Assembly (NCBI GenBank): GCA_040767085.1
Contig: JAXGPF010000024.1
Span: 1 to 13,202 of the forward strand
Length of the DNA stretch: 13,202 bases
Reading direction: 5' to 3'
DNA from: Kiritimatiellia bacterium
GTDB lineage: Bacteria; Verrucomicrobiota; Kiritimatiellia; JAAZAB01
Of the stretch, positions 5,630 to 13,202 are shown one piece after another. A model generated the notes under the pieces. The model was given only the letters and a program-made list of their open reading frames with translations. It was not told the origin of the DNA and did not search any database. Numbering within the stretch: the stretch's first letter is position 1; every line of letters begins with the position of its first letter. The position numbers were made by a program, and so were the translations under genes.

Positions 5630-7968
5630 AGATACCGGAAATAAGCATCAAAACATTGCCGCGTCACCGGATCGAAGGCGCGTTGCTTGGTAACGGTGAA
5701 CTCGGTGTAGTCTGCTGGTGCGATGGTCGCCGCCTTAAATTCACGCTTGACAGTGCCTCGGCCTGGGATTTGCGCCACGAATGCCATCCTGAACGCTGGC
5801 CGTACAGGCAACTGCGCGAACTGGTTGAGAAAAAGGACTTCGAAACCATCCGTGAAATCCAAGCCGCCGGGGGAAAAACCGGGCTTGCCCCCCGTAAGCT
5901 GTTTCTGGGACGTTTTGAGTTGAACGATGAGTTTGAAGCCGGCTGTAACCTGCGGCTCTCGCTCGATCACGGCATCTTTTCCGGCATGTTGCGCGGGTTG
6001 GGGGGTGACGAGTATACCATAACCGTCTTTGTTGCGCGGACCGACGATCTGTTCTGTCTGCGGCTGTCGCCTCGCCCTGCCAAAAGCGTGTTGACGTTCC
6101 GGCCGTTTTACGAAACAACGCCGCAACTGGCCGAACTGGGCCATCCTGAAGCGCAAAGGGCTCGCGAGGGTGGGCTTGAACTTGTCATCCAACATATTCT
6201 ACCGGACCAATTCTATTGCATGTGCTGGAATCCGACCGGCCCCGATATCATCGTGGCGGTTGGGCGCGGGTCAAGCGCGGGAGATGCCCGCCGGCGGGCG
6301 CTCGATAAGCATGCGGCGGCCGCCGGCGTCGGGTTTGACGGCCTGCGCGCCGCGCATGTTACCGCTTGGCGCGCATTCTGGTCGAGTTCCGCGGTGGCGT
6401 TGCCGGAGCGTGACATGGAGTTTCTGTGGTATCTTGGCATTTATTACCTGGCCAGCGCGGCGCGCCAAGGTAGTTTGCCGCCGGGAATACGCGGGGTCTG
6501 GAACAATGACGGCAATGCGTGTCCGTTCCGCGGCGGTTGTTGGGGCAATATCAACATTCAGGAAGCTTTCTGGCCGGCGGCGCCCAGCGGTCACCTTGAA
6601 CTCCTGGACGTCTGGTTGGATCATATTCACGCCGCCTTGCCTGCCGCCGAGGATTTCACCCGCAAGGTGTTCGGGACGGGCGGCGCTTTCTTCCATACCG
6701 CATTTCTGCCGCATTACACGCATTTCTCAAAAAGTTTTTGGAGTACTGTCGGATTAGAGTGGAGTTCGACGGCTTTCCTCGCGCAACTTGCCTGGGAACG
6801 CTGGCGGTACAGCATGAATGTCAACTGGTTACGCGCGCGCGGCTATCCGATCGTAAAGTCGGCATTTGAGTTCTACTCCGAGAACCTTGAGATGGAGGCG
6901 GACGGTCATTATCATATCCCGCTTTCATCCAGTCCGGAATACCTGGAAGGGAATCCGGAAGCCTGGGCCAAGGATCCGAACGTGGACATCGCGCTCATCC
7001 GCCGCTGTTGTGACTGGATTGTCGAGATGGAGCAGGCACTCGGCATCAGCGAGTTGACGCTCCGTGCGCGTGAGATACATGACAAACTCGTACCCTATCA
7101 CTTGGTCGAGTATGGCCTGCCGCTGTCAGGCAACGCGCAACCGTCGTGCGGTCCCTATGTGCTGGCGGTCTGGAAAGATCGGCCGCTTGACCGCTCGCAC
7201 CGGCATCCCTCGCACCTCATGGCCATTCATCCGGCCATGGACATTACCATCGAGGGAACAGAGACTGACCGCAAAATCATTGATTTCAGTCTTTTACATT
7301 ATCTGTCACTCGGTGAGTATTTCTGGCATGGACATACTTACGCCCAGATGATCAGCCTGGCCGCCATGGTGGGGCGCGCTGATATGGCGCGTAATTATGT
7401 GTGCCGGTTCAGGGACACATATCTGCTGCCCAACGCGGTTTATGCCTTTACCGGCGGCTATCAGGGCGGGACGTTTTTCGCCGCGCCGTCCATCCATGAC
7501 AAACAAGCGGATCCGCGCGACGTTTTACACTGGCATCCGCTTCAGGGCATGGGGTTTGATGCCACCGGCGGGGTCTCGCGCGGCTTGAGTGACATGCTCC
7601 TGCAAGGCTGGAACGACATCATCCGCGTTTTCCCGGCAACGCCGTTGCGTTGGACCGACGCTTTGTTTATTGACCTGCTAACCGAGGGCGCTTTCCGCGT
7701 ATCCGCCCTGAAACGCGAAGGCGCAGTGCGCTGGGTGCGCATACGTGCGAGCGTTGAGCGCCTCTGTCGGCTGCGTAATCCATTCGCCGATCAGCCGTTC
7801 CGGGTCGAAGACGCCGATCCGCGGCGTGATGGCGACTTACTGGTCTGGCCGATGAAGGCTGGGCAGACCGTGACGCTGTTTACGTCCGGCTACGCGCAAC
7901 CCGACCTTGACCGGCAACAAGCGCATATCCGGGCGATGAATCTGACAACATTAAATACGGCGCGGTGA
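5626..7968 (+). CDS. GH95-like (alpha/alpha)6-barrel glycoside hydrolase (alpha-L-fucosidase family-like), ~780 aa, no obvious signal peptide
   Basis: Start reassigned to ATG 5626 (ATGA overlap with the upstream stop at 5627-5629). Motifs: ALLGNGELG, HVTAWRAFWSSSAVALP, YYLASAAR..LPPGIRGVW, NINIQEAFWP, SSSPEY, SHRHPSHLMAIHP, GFDATGG, DMLLQGWNDIIRVFPATP..W...F..LLTEGAFRVSA. Confidence 0.88.
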   Translation: MKIPEISIKTLPRHRIEGALLGNGELGVVCWCDGRRLKFTLDSASAWDLRHECHPERWPYRQLRELVEKKDFETIREIQAAGGKTGLAPRKLFLGRFELNDEFEAGCNLRLSLDHGIFSGMLRGLGGDEYTITVFVARTDDLFCLRLSPRPAKSVLTFRPFYETTPQLAELGHPEAQRAREGGLELVIQHILPDQFYCMCWNPTGPDIIVAVGRGSSAGDARRRALDKHAAAAGVGFDGLRAAHVTAWRAFWSSSAVALPERDMEFLWYLGIYYLASAARQGSLPPGIRGVWNNDGNACPFRGGCWGNINIQEAFWPAAPSGHLELLDVWLDHIHAALPAAEDFTRKVFGTGGAFFHTAFLPHYTHFSKSFWSTVGLEWSSTAFLAQLAWERWRYSMNVNWLRARGYPIVKSAFEFYSENLEMEADGHYHIPLSSSPEYLEGNPEAWAKDPNVDIALIRRCCDWIVEMEQALGISELTLRAREIHDKLVPYHLVEYGLPLSGNAQPSCGPYVLAVWKDRPLDRSHRHPSHLMAIHPAMDITIEGTETDRKIIDFSLLHYLSLGEYFWHGHTYAQMISLAAMVGRADMARNYVCRFRDTYLLPNAVYAFTGGYQGGTFFAAPSIHDKQADPRDVLHWHPLQGMGFDATGGVSRGLSDMLLQGWNDIIRVFPATPLRWTDALFIDLLTEGAFRVSALKREGAVRWVRIRASVERLCRLRNPFADQPFRVEDADPRRDGDLLVWPMKAGQTVTLFTSGYAQPDLDRQQAHIRAMNLTTLNTAR

Positions 7969-8055
7969 TTACGGATGGAATTGATTGCTCGCCGGCAGCG
8001 CGTCGGAATTGCCGGTGGAGAGAAAGTAAGCAAAAGGCATGAAAGGTGTAAAACT

Positions 8056-11000
8056 ATGAAGGTTCGGGAAAATGTGACATTCAAGACACTTGTGGTGCTG
8101 AGCGCATTGCTGATGGCAAACGGCATGCGTACGGGCGCGGGTGAAGCTGGTTGCCGGTCCGTGCGCGCGGATGCACCACTGATCCTGGACGGCAAACTTG
8201 ATGAGGACTTTTGGCAACGTGCCGAATCGCATGGATCATTTACAATTTTGGGAGAGGATGGAAAAGTTGCCGGTGACACGGTTTTTCGCGTGGCCTATGA
8301 CGATGCTTGGCTTTATATCGGGATGGACTGCGCCAACCCGAACATGGAAGCCCTGCAACCGATCATCCGCGGACACGATCAGGGCGCCTGCAACGATGAA
8401 TCAATCGAGTTGTTTCTGGATCCGGGCACGGACGGCGGCATGTATCTGCACTACATGCTCAGTTTCGCGAACGCGAAAGACGAGCGGCGCGTGACCGGTT
8501 CCGGGCTCGCTTTGCACCGCGACATCCAGTGGGATGTACCCTGGCGCTCGGCGACGCATGCGCGCCCGGCCGGCTGGAGCGCGGAAGTGGCGTTGCCGCT
8601 CTATGTGCTGGCCTCATACGGTTCACTGGATAAGATTCGAGTCAATATTGCTCGGAACCGGCGTGTGCCGGTGATTGACGCGCAACTTGTGGTGGTGGAT
8701 GAAAAGCGTGAGTCGAGTGCTTGGTCGCCGGTCATACGCGGTTTTCATGAGCAGGAAAGATTCCGGCCGCTGACCGGCTTGGCGGATATTCAACTGGAGA
8801 TTCCGTCGCTGGCACGCATTGCCGCGGCGCGCGTGTTGCCTTACGCGGCGCGTGACGGCGGTACGGTCTATGAGGTTGAGGCGCAGGTGCGGAGCTTTAA
8901 CCGGCAGCGCTCGGATCTGGTCTTGTCGCTGGCGGACCGGCCGGTCGTCGGCACACCGCGGACCATTGAGCGTACGCTGGAATTGGACGAACCCGTTACG
9001 CGGACGTTGACGATCAGCGTGCCGGTGGAAACGGTCAGCGCGCGGGAAGCGATCCTCACGCTTGCCGATCGCGTGCGCGGCGAAACGCTCGAGACCGTGT
9101 TCGTCGAGGATATGTCCGCATTGAACGTCATGACGGCGTTTCTGGATCGGAACTATTACACGAGCGAGGAACATGGTTTGGCTGTATGTCAGATCGGATT
9201 GCCGTTGGAAACGCTGGCGGGCATGCGTATCGAGGTGCGCGATGCTTCCGGCGCGGTGCTGGGCGCGCTCGACACGCCGGCGGCGGAGTGCCGTGTGCCG
9301 TTTCCCCTGCATGGATTATCTCAAGGTGAAAGCGCGATCGATGTGGCGTTGGTGTCGTCGGAAGGCGCGGACTTTTTCACCGTGGCGCTGACGGCGGTCA
9401 AGCGTGAGTCCAAACCGGGCCTGGAATGGAAAATTGACCAGGAGCGGCGCGTTCTGCTCAAAAACGGCGAACCGTTCTTTTCCTTCGGCATGTGTATGAC
9501 CGGCGCCGCGCCGGACGATGATGAGGCTTATCGCCGGCTGGCCGAGCACGGGTTTAATACTTTCATGGTTTTCAAAAAAGGCACGTCCGCAGACATGGTT
9601 CAATACCAGCGGCGCGCGGCGGAGCATGGACTTTTTGTTATTGCGCATCCGGACTATTGCGTCACCAACATCACGTGGGACATTTACGCCAACTATTCGG
9701 GCGACTTGCTCAATCAGGTCAAACGCGCCACGGCGCGCCAGAGCCTCATTGCCCTGAAGGGCGTTATGAGTCTGCCGATTCCGATTGCCGAGCGCAATGC
9801 CATCTACGGTGAATTCTATTACAAAAATATTGATGGCTTGATTGATGTTGTTCGCAAAATCAAGGATTTTGACAATCTGATCGGATATTTCATCCTGGAC
9901 GAGCCGCTGGCCAAAACCTATTTTGACCAGTACAAGTTCGGCCAGGACTACTACGCCCGTATCCATCGCGCCGACGGCTACCACCCGGTATTTGTCAATT
10001 ACTCGAGTTATATTCCGGAAGGCGATGAATTCGTCAACTGGTGCGACGTCCTCATGACCGATCCCTACTGGTCGCCTCCGGCGGCCGAGGGCACGCGCAC
10101 CACGCCGAACCACGTTTCCAAAATCACATGGATGACCGACCAGCGCGCGCTGAAGTACCGTCAGCCTAATTTTCAGGTGCTGGCGGGTCCACTCTGGAGC
10201 GGATGCAAGAAACGGGCGCTAACGCACGACGAACAGTGTTGCCAGACCTACTTAGCGCTGATCCATCGTGCCACGGCTATCCTGTATTATTCTGATCAAT
10301 GGGTCCGGCCGCCAAACTGGGCGACGTTTAAACAGCTTGGCGCGGAAATGAAGGTGCTGGCGCCGTTCATCCTGGGCCCGTCTGTGCCGGGTGAGCCGGT
10401 TTATCGCCGGGCGCTGCTTGACAAGGCGGACGAGGAGCCGGTCTTCGAAGACGATCCTTTCGATCCGCTCCGTGAAAAATATCCTGTCGTGCAAGTTTTA
10501 CTGCTGGCCGATTCTTCCGGCGCGCAGGTGCTGCTGGCGGCCAATGCCCGCCATTATCCCGTGGCCTGCCGGTTTGAAATCGAGGGCCTGACCGGTCTGG
10601 ATTCCATGTTTGATCCCATAACGCCCGTGGTGGCCGCCGCCGCGTTCGCAGACACACTTGAACCATACGCCACGCGCGCCTGGCGCATCCGTACGGGAAA
10701 GCCGATTGAATCCAACGCGGCGCTTATGGTCTTACAGACGATCCTTGTAAAGAATTTGCCTAATCCGGAAACTTTATTGCCAGATTGCTGGCGTCCTGAT
10801 TGTAAAAATGTGCTGCCTAATCCGGTGTTCGAAAGGGACACTGCCGGTGTGCCCCACTACTGCCTTGTCAGTCCAGGTGTCGCTGTACAAAAGGGTGACG
10901 CCATGTTCGGCGAAAATTGCTTGAAGTTTAAGCGGCTTGATGACAGTACGAGTTACGAGTTCTTGCACGCCGCCTGCGCGCCGCAGCATGATCGTCCACT

Positions 11001-11271
11001 TACTTATACATTTTCGCTTTACATGAAAGGCAGCCGCAAAGGACTCAAGGCTTGGATACGCGGCACGGAGATGAATCCGGATAAAACATGGGGTGAGACG
11101 CTGGACGTCCCCCTGACCACGTCCTGGAAGCGTTACGCGATCACCGGCGTGATTCCCGCCAAAGCGAGTGTCGGCAGCATGTTCGAAGTGCGCCTGATGG
11201 AGCCGGGCGTGATGTGGGTGGACGGACTGCAGCTTGAACAGGGCGCGGAAGCCACGGAGTTTGAACAGTGA
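8056..11271 (+). CDS. Large secreted multimodular carbohydrate-active protein (~1071 aa): CBM9-like domain, Ig-like linkers, TIM-barrel glycosidase-like domain, C-terminal CBM4/9-like domain
   Basis: Start ATG 8056 after an AAGGTG RBS, with a hydrophobic signal-like N-terminus. CBM9-like motifs LDGKLDE..W and NDESIELFLDPGTDGGMYLHY. Barrel motifs RVLLKNGEPFFSFGM, RLAEHGFNT, IGYFILDEP, DGYHPVFVN, DVLMTDPYW, QTYLALIHRATAILYY. CBM motifs NVLPNPVFE, YTFSLYMKG, LTTSWKRYAIT, MWVDGLQLEQG. Confidence 0.88.
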   Translation: MKVRENVTFKTLVVLSALLMANGMRTGAGEAGCRSVRADAPLILDGKLDEDFWQRAESHGSFTILGEDGKVAGDTVFRVAYDDAWLYIGMDCANPNMEALQPIIRGHDQGACNDESIELFLDPGTDGGMYLHYMLSFANAKDERRVTGSGLALHRDIQWDVPWRSATHARPAGWSAEVALPLYVLASYGSLDKIRVNIARNRRVPVIDAQLVVVDEKRESSAWSPVIRGFHEQERFRPLTGLADIQLEIPSLARIAAARVLPYAARDGGTVYEVEAQVRSFNRQRSDLVLSLADRPVVGTPRTIERTLELDEPVTRTLTISVPVETVSAREAILTLADRVRGETLETVFVEDMSALNVMTAFLDRNYYTSEEHGLAVCQIGLPLETLAGMRIEVRDASGAVLGALDTPAAECRVPFPLHGLSQGESAIDVALVSSEGADFFTVALTAVKRESKPGLEWKIDQERRVLLKNGEPFFSFGMCMTGAAPDDDEAYRRLAEHGFNTFMVFKKGTSADMVQYQRRAAEHGLFVIAHPDYCVTNITWDIYANYSGDLLNQVKRATARQSLIALKGVMSLPIPIAERNAIYGEFYYKNIDGLIDVVRKIKDFDNLIGYFILDEPLAKTYFDQYKFGQDYYARIHRADGYHPVFVNYSSYIPEGDEFVNWCDVLMTDPYWSPPAAEGTRTTPNHVSKITWMTDQRALKYRQPNFQVLAGPLWSGCKKRALTHDEQCCQTYLALIHRATAILYYSDQWVRPPNWATFKQLGAEMKVLAPFILGPSVPGEPVYRRALLDKADEEPVFEDDPFDPLREKYPVVQVLLLADSSGAQVLLAANARHYPVACRFEIEGLTGLDSMFDPITPVVAAAAFADTLEPYATRAWRIRTGKPIESNAALMVLQTILVKNLPNPETLLPDCWRPDCKNVLPNPVFERDTAGVPHYCLVSPGVAVQKGDAMFGENCLKFKRLDDSTSYEFLHAACAPQHDRPLTYTFSLYMKGSRKGLKAWIRGTEMNPDKTWGETLDVPLTTSWKRYAITGVIPAKASVGSMFEVRLMEPGVMWVDGLQLEQGAEATEFEQ

Positions 11272-12683
11272 AATATGCTTGTTTATTAGGTAATATTTTT
11301 GCCAGTCTTGGGTTCTGGTCAGCAGCGCAGGCAATTGGCGTGGCGGCATTATGGCTGTCGTCCGTTGCCGGATTGCATGCCGCCATTGAATATGTTCCGG
11401 CGCTCGATGCCTATGTGGTGACCGAATTCCCCGCCGGCTGGCCCTGCACACCGGAACGGCTGGCGGACATGGACCGCCTGCTCGGACTCGGCAAAATGTC
11501 GCGCGAGGCGGAGACTGGCGACTGGACGCTGGATTGTCATCTGGTCATCGGCGCCAATGATGGCACGGAGACCTATTTCCAGATTGGCGCGCCGGATCAC
11601 CGCACGAACGAAACGCTTATCCTGCGGGGCAGCCTGTACGTGACGCCCTACCACGTGGCCGGGGAGAGCCCGTATCAACATTGGTGGTATGGCCCGGCGC
11701 ATGTGAACCGTCTGTCGCTTGGCGGCGCGGAATATCCCGAAGTGCATGCGGCGCTTTTATTCGCGGCGTCGGAACGGGGTGAGGTCGGATCACTTGTCAT
11801 CGGAGCGCGTCGTGAAGCCGATGGGCGCGTCACGCGCGGGCGCGGCGGCCAGTTCATGGCTTGGAACGGCTTGGTGTCGGCCGCGGATGCCGCGCCGGGC
11901 CGCGAAATTGCCGGGGTAAGCCTGGCGGGTGCGGATGGATTTGTGTTTTTAAATTCTACGCTGGCGCGGGTCAAAGGCATGATGACCTACGGGCTGAATG
12001 CCGGCTGGCGCATCAATGTCCGGATCGAGGACTCGGTTTTCGCGCACGGCGGTCAGGTGATTATCGGCGGCGGCCCGTTGATTTTCCGTAATTGCCGGTT
12101 TCATGATAACGATACGGTCGTGCTTGATTATGGTGGCATGGATGTTACACTGGATGGCTGCATATTCGAAAACAACCGGTGCAATTGGGCGCTGCGTTTC
12201 CCCGGTAAAACGCCGGGAACGCTTGCCTTGATTGACTGCGATATCGGTGCTCCGCGCGCGGGCAACCAGATGGAGGTCAGCGCATCACATTTGGCCGCCA
12301 TGCGCGATAAAGGCGAATCGCCCCAAATGCCGCAGGCGCTGATCAAGCGGCATGTGGTGGCGCGGGCGATGGATGCCGAAGGCCGGCCTGTGCTGAAGGC
12401 GATGGTTGCCGTGCGCGCCGAACAACCGGGCTGTGATATGGATGAAGGCATGCGCTTCGTGACCGGCGCTGACGGCCGCACCCCGGCGCGCGGGGAACGC
12501 GGCGCCATCCTGCTGATGGCGGAAAAGCAGGTCGTGGCGGAGGAACACCCGTCCGGCGTGATCAGCACATGGACATATACCATCATTGCCGAAAATGACG
12601 CCGGGCGGGGCATGGTTGCCGGTTTTGCTCCGGCGCGGAAAGGGGGTGAGGTGTCGGTGGTCATTAACCAGCCCGGAAATTAA
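11268..12683 (+). CDS. Uncharacterised, probably secreted protein with pectin-lyase-like beta-helix segment and C-terminal Ig/carboxypeptidase-regulatory-like domain
   Basis: GTG start overlaps the upstream TGA (GTGA). Hydrophobic N-terminus ending ...AGLHA. Beta-helix-like repeats IEDSVFAHG, FRNCRFHDN, LDGCIFENN, LIDCDIG. C-terminal VVARAMDAEGRPVLKAMVAV...VTGADGR...YTIIAE pattern. Confidence 0.8.
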   Translation: MKYACLLGNIFASLGFWSAAQAIGVAALWLSSVAGLHAAIEYVPALDAYVVTEFPAGWPCTPERLADMDRLLGLGKMSREAETGDWTLDCHLVIGANDGTETYFQIGAPDHRTNETLILRGSLYVTPYHVAGESPYQHWWYGPAHVNRLSLGGAEYPEVHAALLFAASERGEVGSLVIGARREADGRVTRGRGGQFMAWNGLVSAADAAPGREIAGVSLAGADGFVFLNSTLARVKGMMTYGLNAGWRINVRIEDSVFAHGGQVIIGGGPLIFRNCRFHDNDTVVLDYGGMDVTLDGCIFENNRCNWALRFPGKTPGTLALIDCDIGAPRAGNQMEVSASHLAAMRDKGESPQMPQALIKRHVVARAMDAEGRPVLKAMVAVRAEQPGCDMDEGMRFVTGADGRTPARGERGAILLMAEKQVVAEEHPSGVISTWTYTIIAENDAGRGMVAGFAPARKGGEVSVVINQPGN

Positions 12684-12690
12684 AATCCTG

Positions 12691-12724
12691 CATGTTTGAA
12701 CCGCGAAAATTCAGGCATGGTTTT
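12691..12724 (+). terminator. Putative intrinsic terminator / stem-loop after the operon
   Basis: CATGTTTGAA (12691-12700) pairs with TTCAGGCATG (12710-12719), including two U.G pairs, around a 9-nt loop. It is followed by GTTTT and lies 7 nt after the stop codon at 12683. Confidence 0.45.
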
Positions 12725-12799
12725 AAACGGTCTTTTATCGATAACAAATACGGACGGCTCACCTCAGGTTCGCCATCCATAAGAGGAGTGTTGGGTGTT

Positions 12800-13202
12800 G
12801 TGAAATATAAAAATTACATTTTGGTAATCCTGGCGCTGGCGCTGGTGTCCGCCGGACGGCAGTCCGCCGCCATGACGAATTATTACGCGGCCACGAATGG
12901 CCCGCATCAACCGCCCTTTGACACTTGGGACAAGGCGGCCTCCAACATTCAGAATGTGATTACGCTGGCGCGCAATGGCGATGTAATCAATCTGTCCAAT
13001 GGCACTTTCGTTGTCACCGGCATGCTTGACGTTGCCTATGCCGTTACCATCCGTGGTGAATACGGTCAGGATCAGACCATCTTGACCGGCGCGTTTCCGG
13101 ATTACACCAACCGCTGCTTTGACGTGCGCCATGACAATGCCTGGCTGGTTGGTCTGACCATATCAAATTTCCACGTTAATGGCAATGGTGGGGGTGTCTG
13201 GT
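12800..13202 (+). CDS. Partial (5' end) secreted parallel beta-helix repeat protein, paralog of 587..2340; runs off the right edge
   Basis: Not in the ORF track. GAGGAG RBS at 12783-12788 and GTG at 12800 give MKYKNYILVILALALVSAGRQSAAMTNYYAATNGPHQPPFDTWDKAASNIQNVITLARNGDVINLSNGTF...AVTIRGEYGQDQTILTG...NRCFDV..NAWLVGLTISN...GNGGGVW, open to the edge. Confidence 0.88.
   Translation, partial: MKYKNYILVILALALVSAGRQSAAMTNYYAATNGPHQPPFDTWDKAASNIQNVITLARNGDVINLSNGTFVVTGMLDVAYAVTIRGEYGQDQTILTGAFPDYTNRCFDVRHDNAWLVGLTISNFHVNGNGGGVW

Noticed and set aside
7988..8020. Intergenic stem-loop CTCGCCGGCA...TGCCGGTGGAG as a terminator
   Set aside because: It has a large loop and a bulge, no U-tract, and is easily produced by chance in GC-rich DNA. 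The ORF extension from 7975 was also rejected in favour of ATG 8056, which has an RBS.
8623..12664. Long minus-strand ORFs (8623..9312, 9316..10113, 10774..11451, 12128..12664)
   Set aside because: Antisense open frames typical of GC-rich coding DNA, with no recognisable motifs and fully overlapping well-supported plus-strand genes.
12764..13132. Minus-strand 122-aa ORF
   Set aside because: Shadow of the plus-strand beta-helix paralog starting at 12800.

Overview
GC-rich bacterial glycan-utilisation-type region. The protein repertoire suggests a PVC-superphylum organism such as Kiritimatiellae or Lentisphaerae, but that assignment is inference. From left to right: (1) the 5' part of a minus-strand secreted CBM9/DOMON-like protein, missed by the ORF track; (2) an AT-rich divergent promoter region; (3) a secreted GGA/FxxN parallel beta-helix protein split by a single-base frameshift near 1031-1041; (4) an AraC-family regulator; (5) an oppositely oriented AAA+ ATPase (COG1373/DUF4143 type) with its own sigma70-like promoter; (6) a glycoside-hydrolase pseudogene that appears to have lost its catalytic barrel by an in-frame deletion and carries two more frameshifts; (7) a translationally coupled GH95-like (alpha/alpha)6 enzyme with a remodelled sugar pocket; (8) a ~1070-aa secreted CBM9-like + TIM-barrel + CBM protein with a DEP motif and no obvious clan GH-A nucleophile; (9) an overlapping uncharacterised secreted beta-helix-like protein; (10) the 5' part of a second GGA/FxxN beta-helix paralog, also missed by the ORF track. 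I found no RNA genes, CRISPR arrays or transposases. All family assignments come from motif recognition by eye, not database searches.
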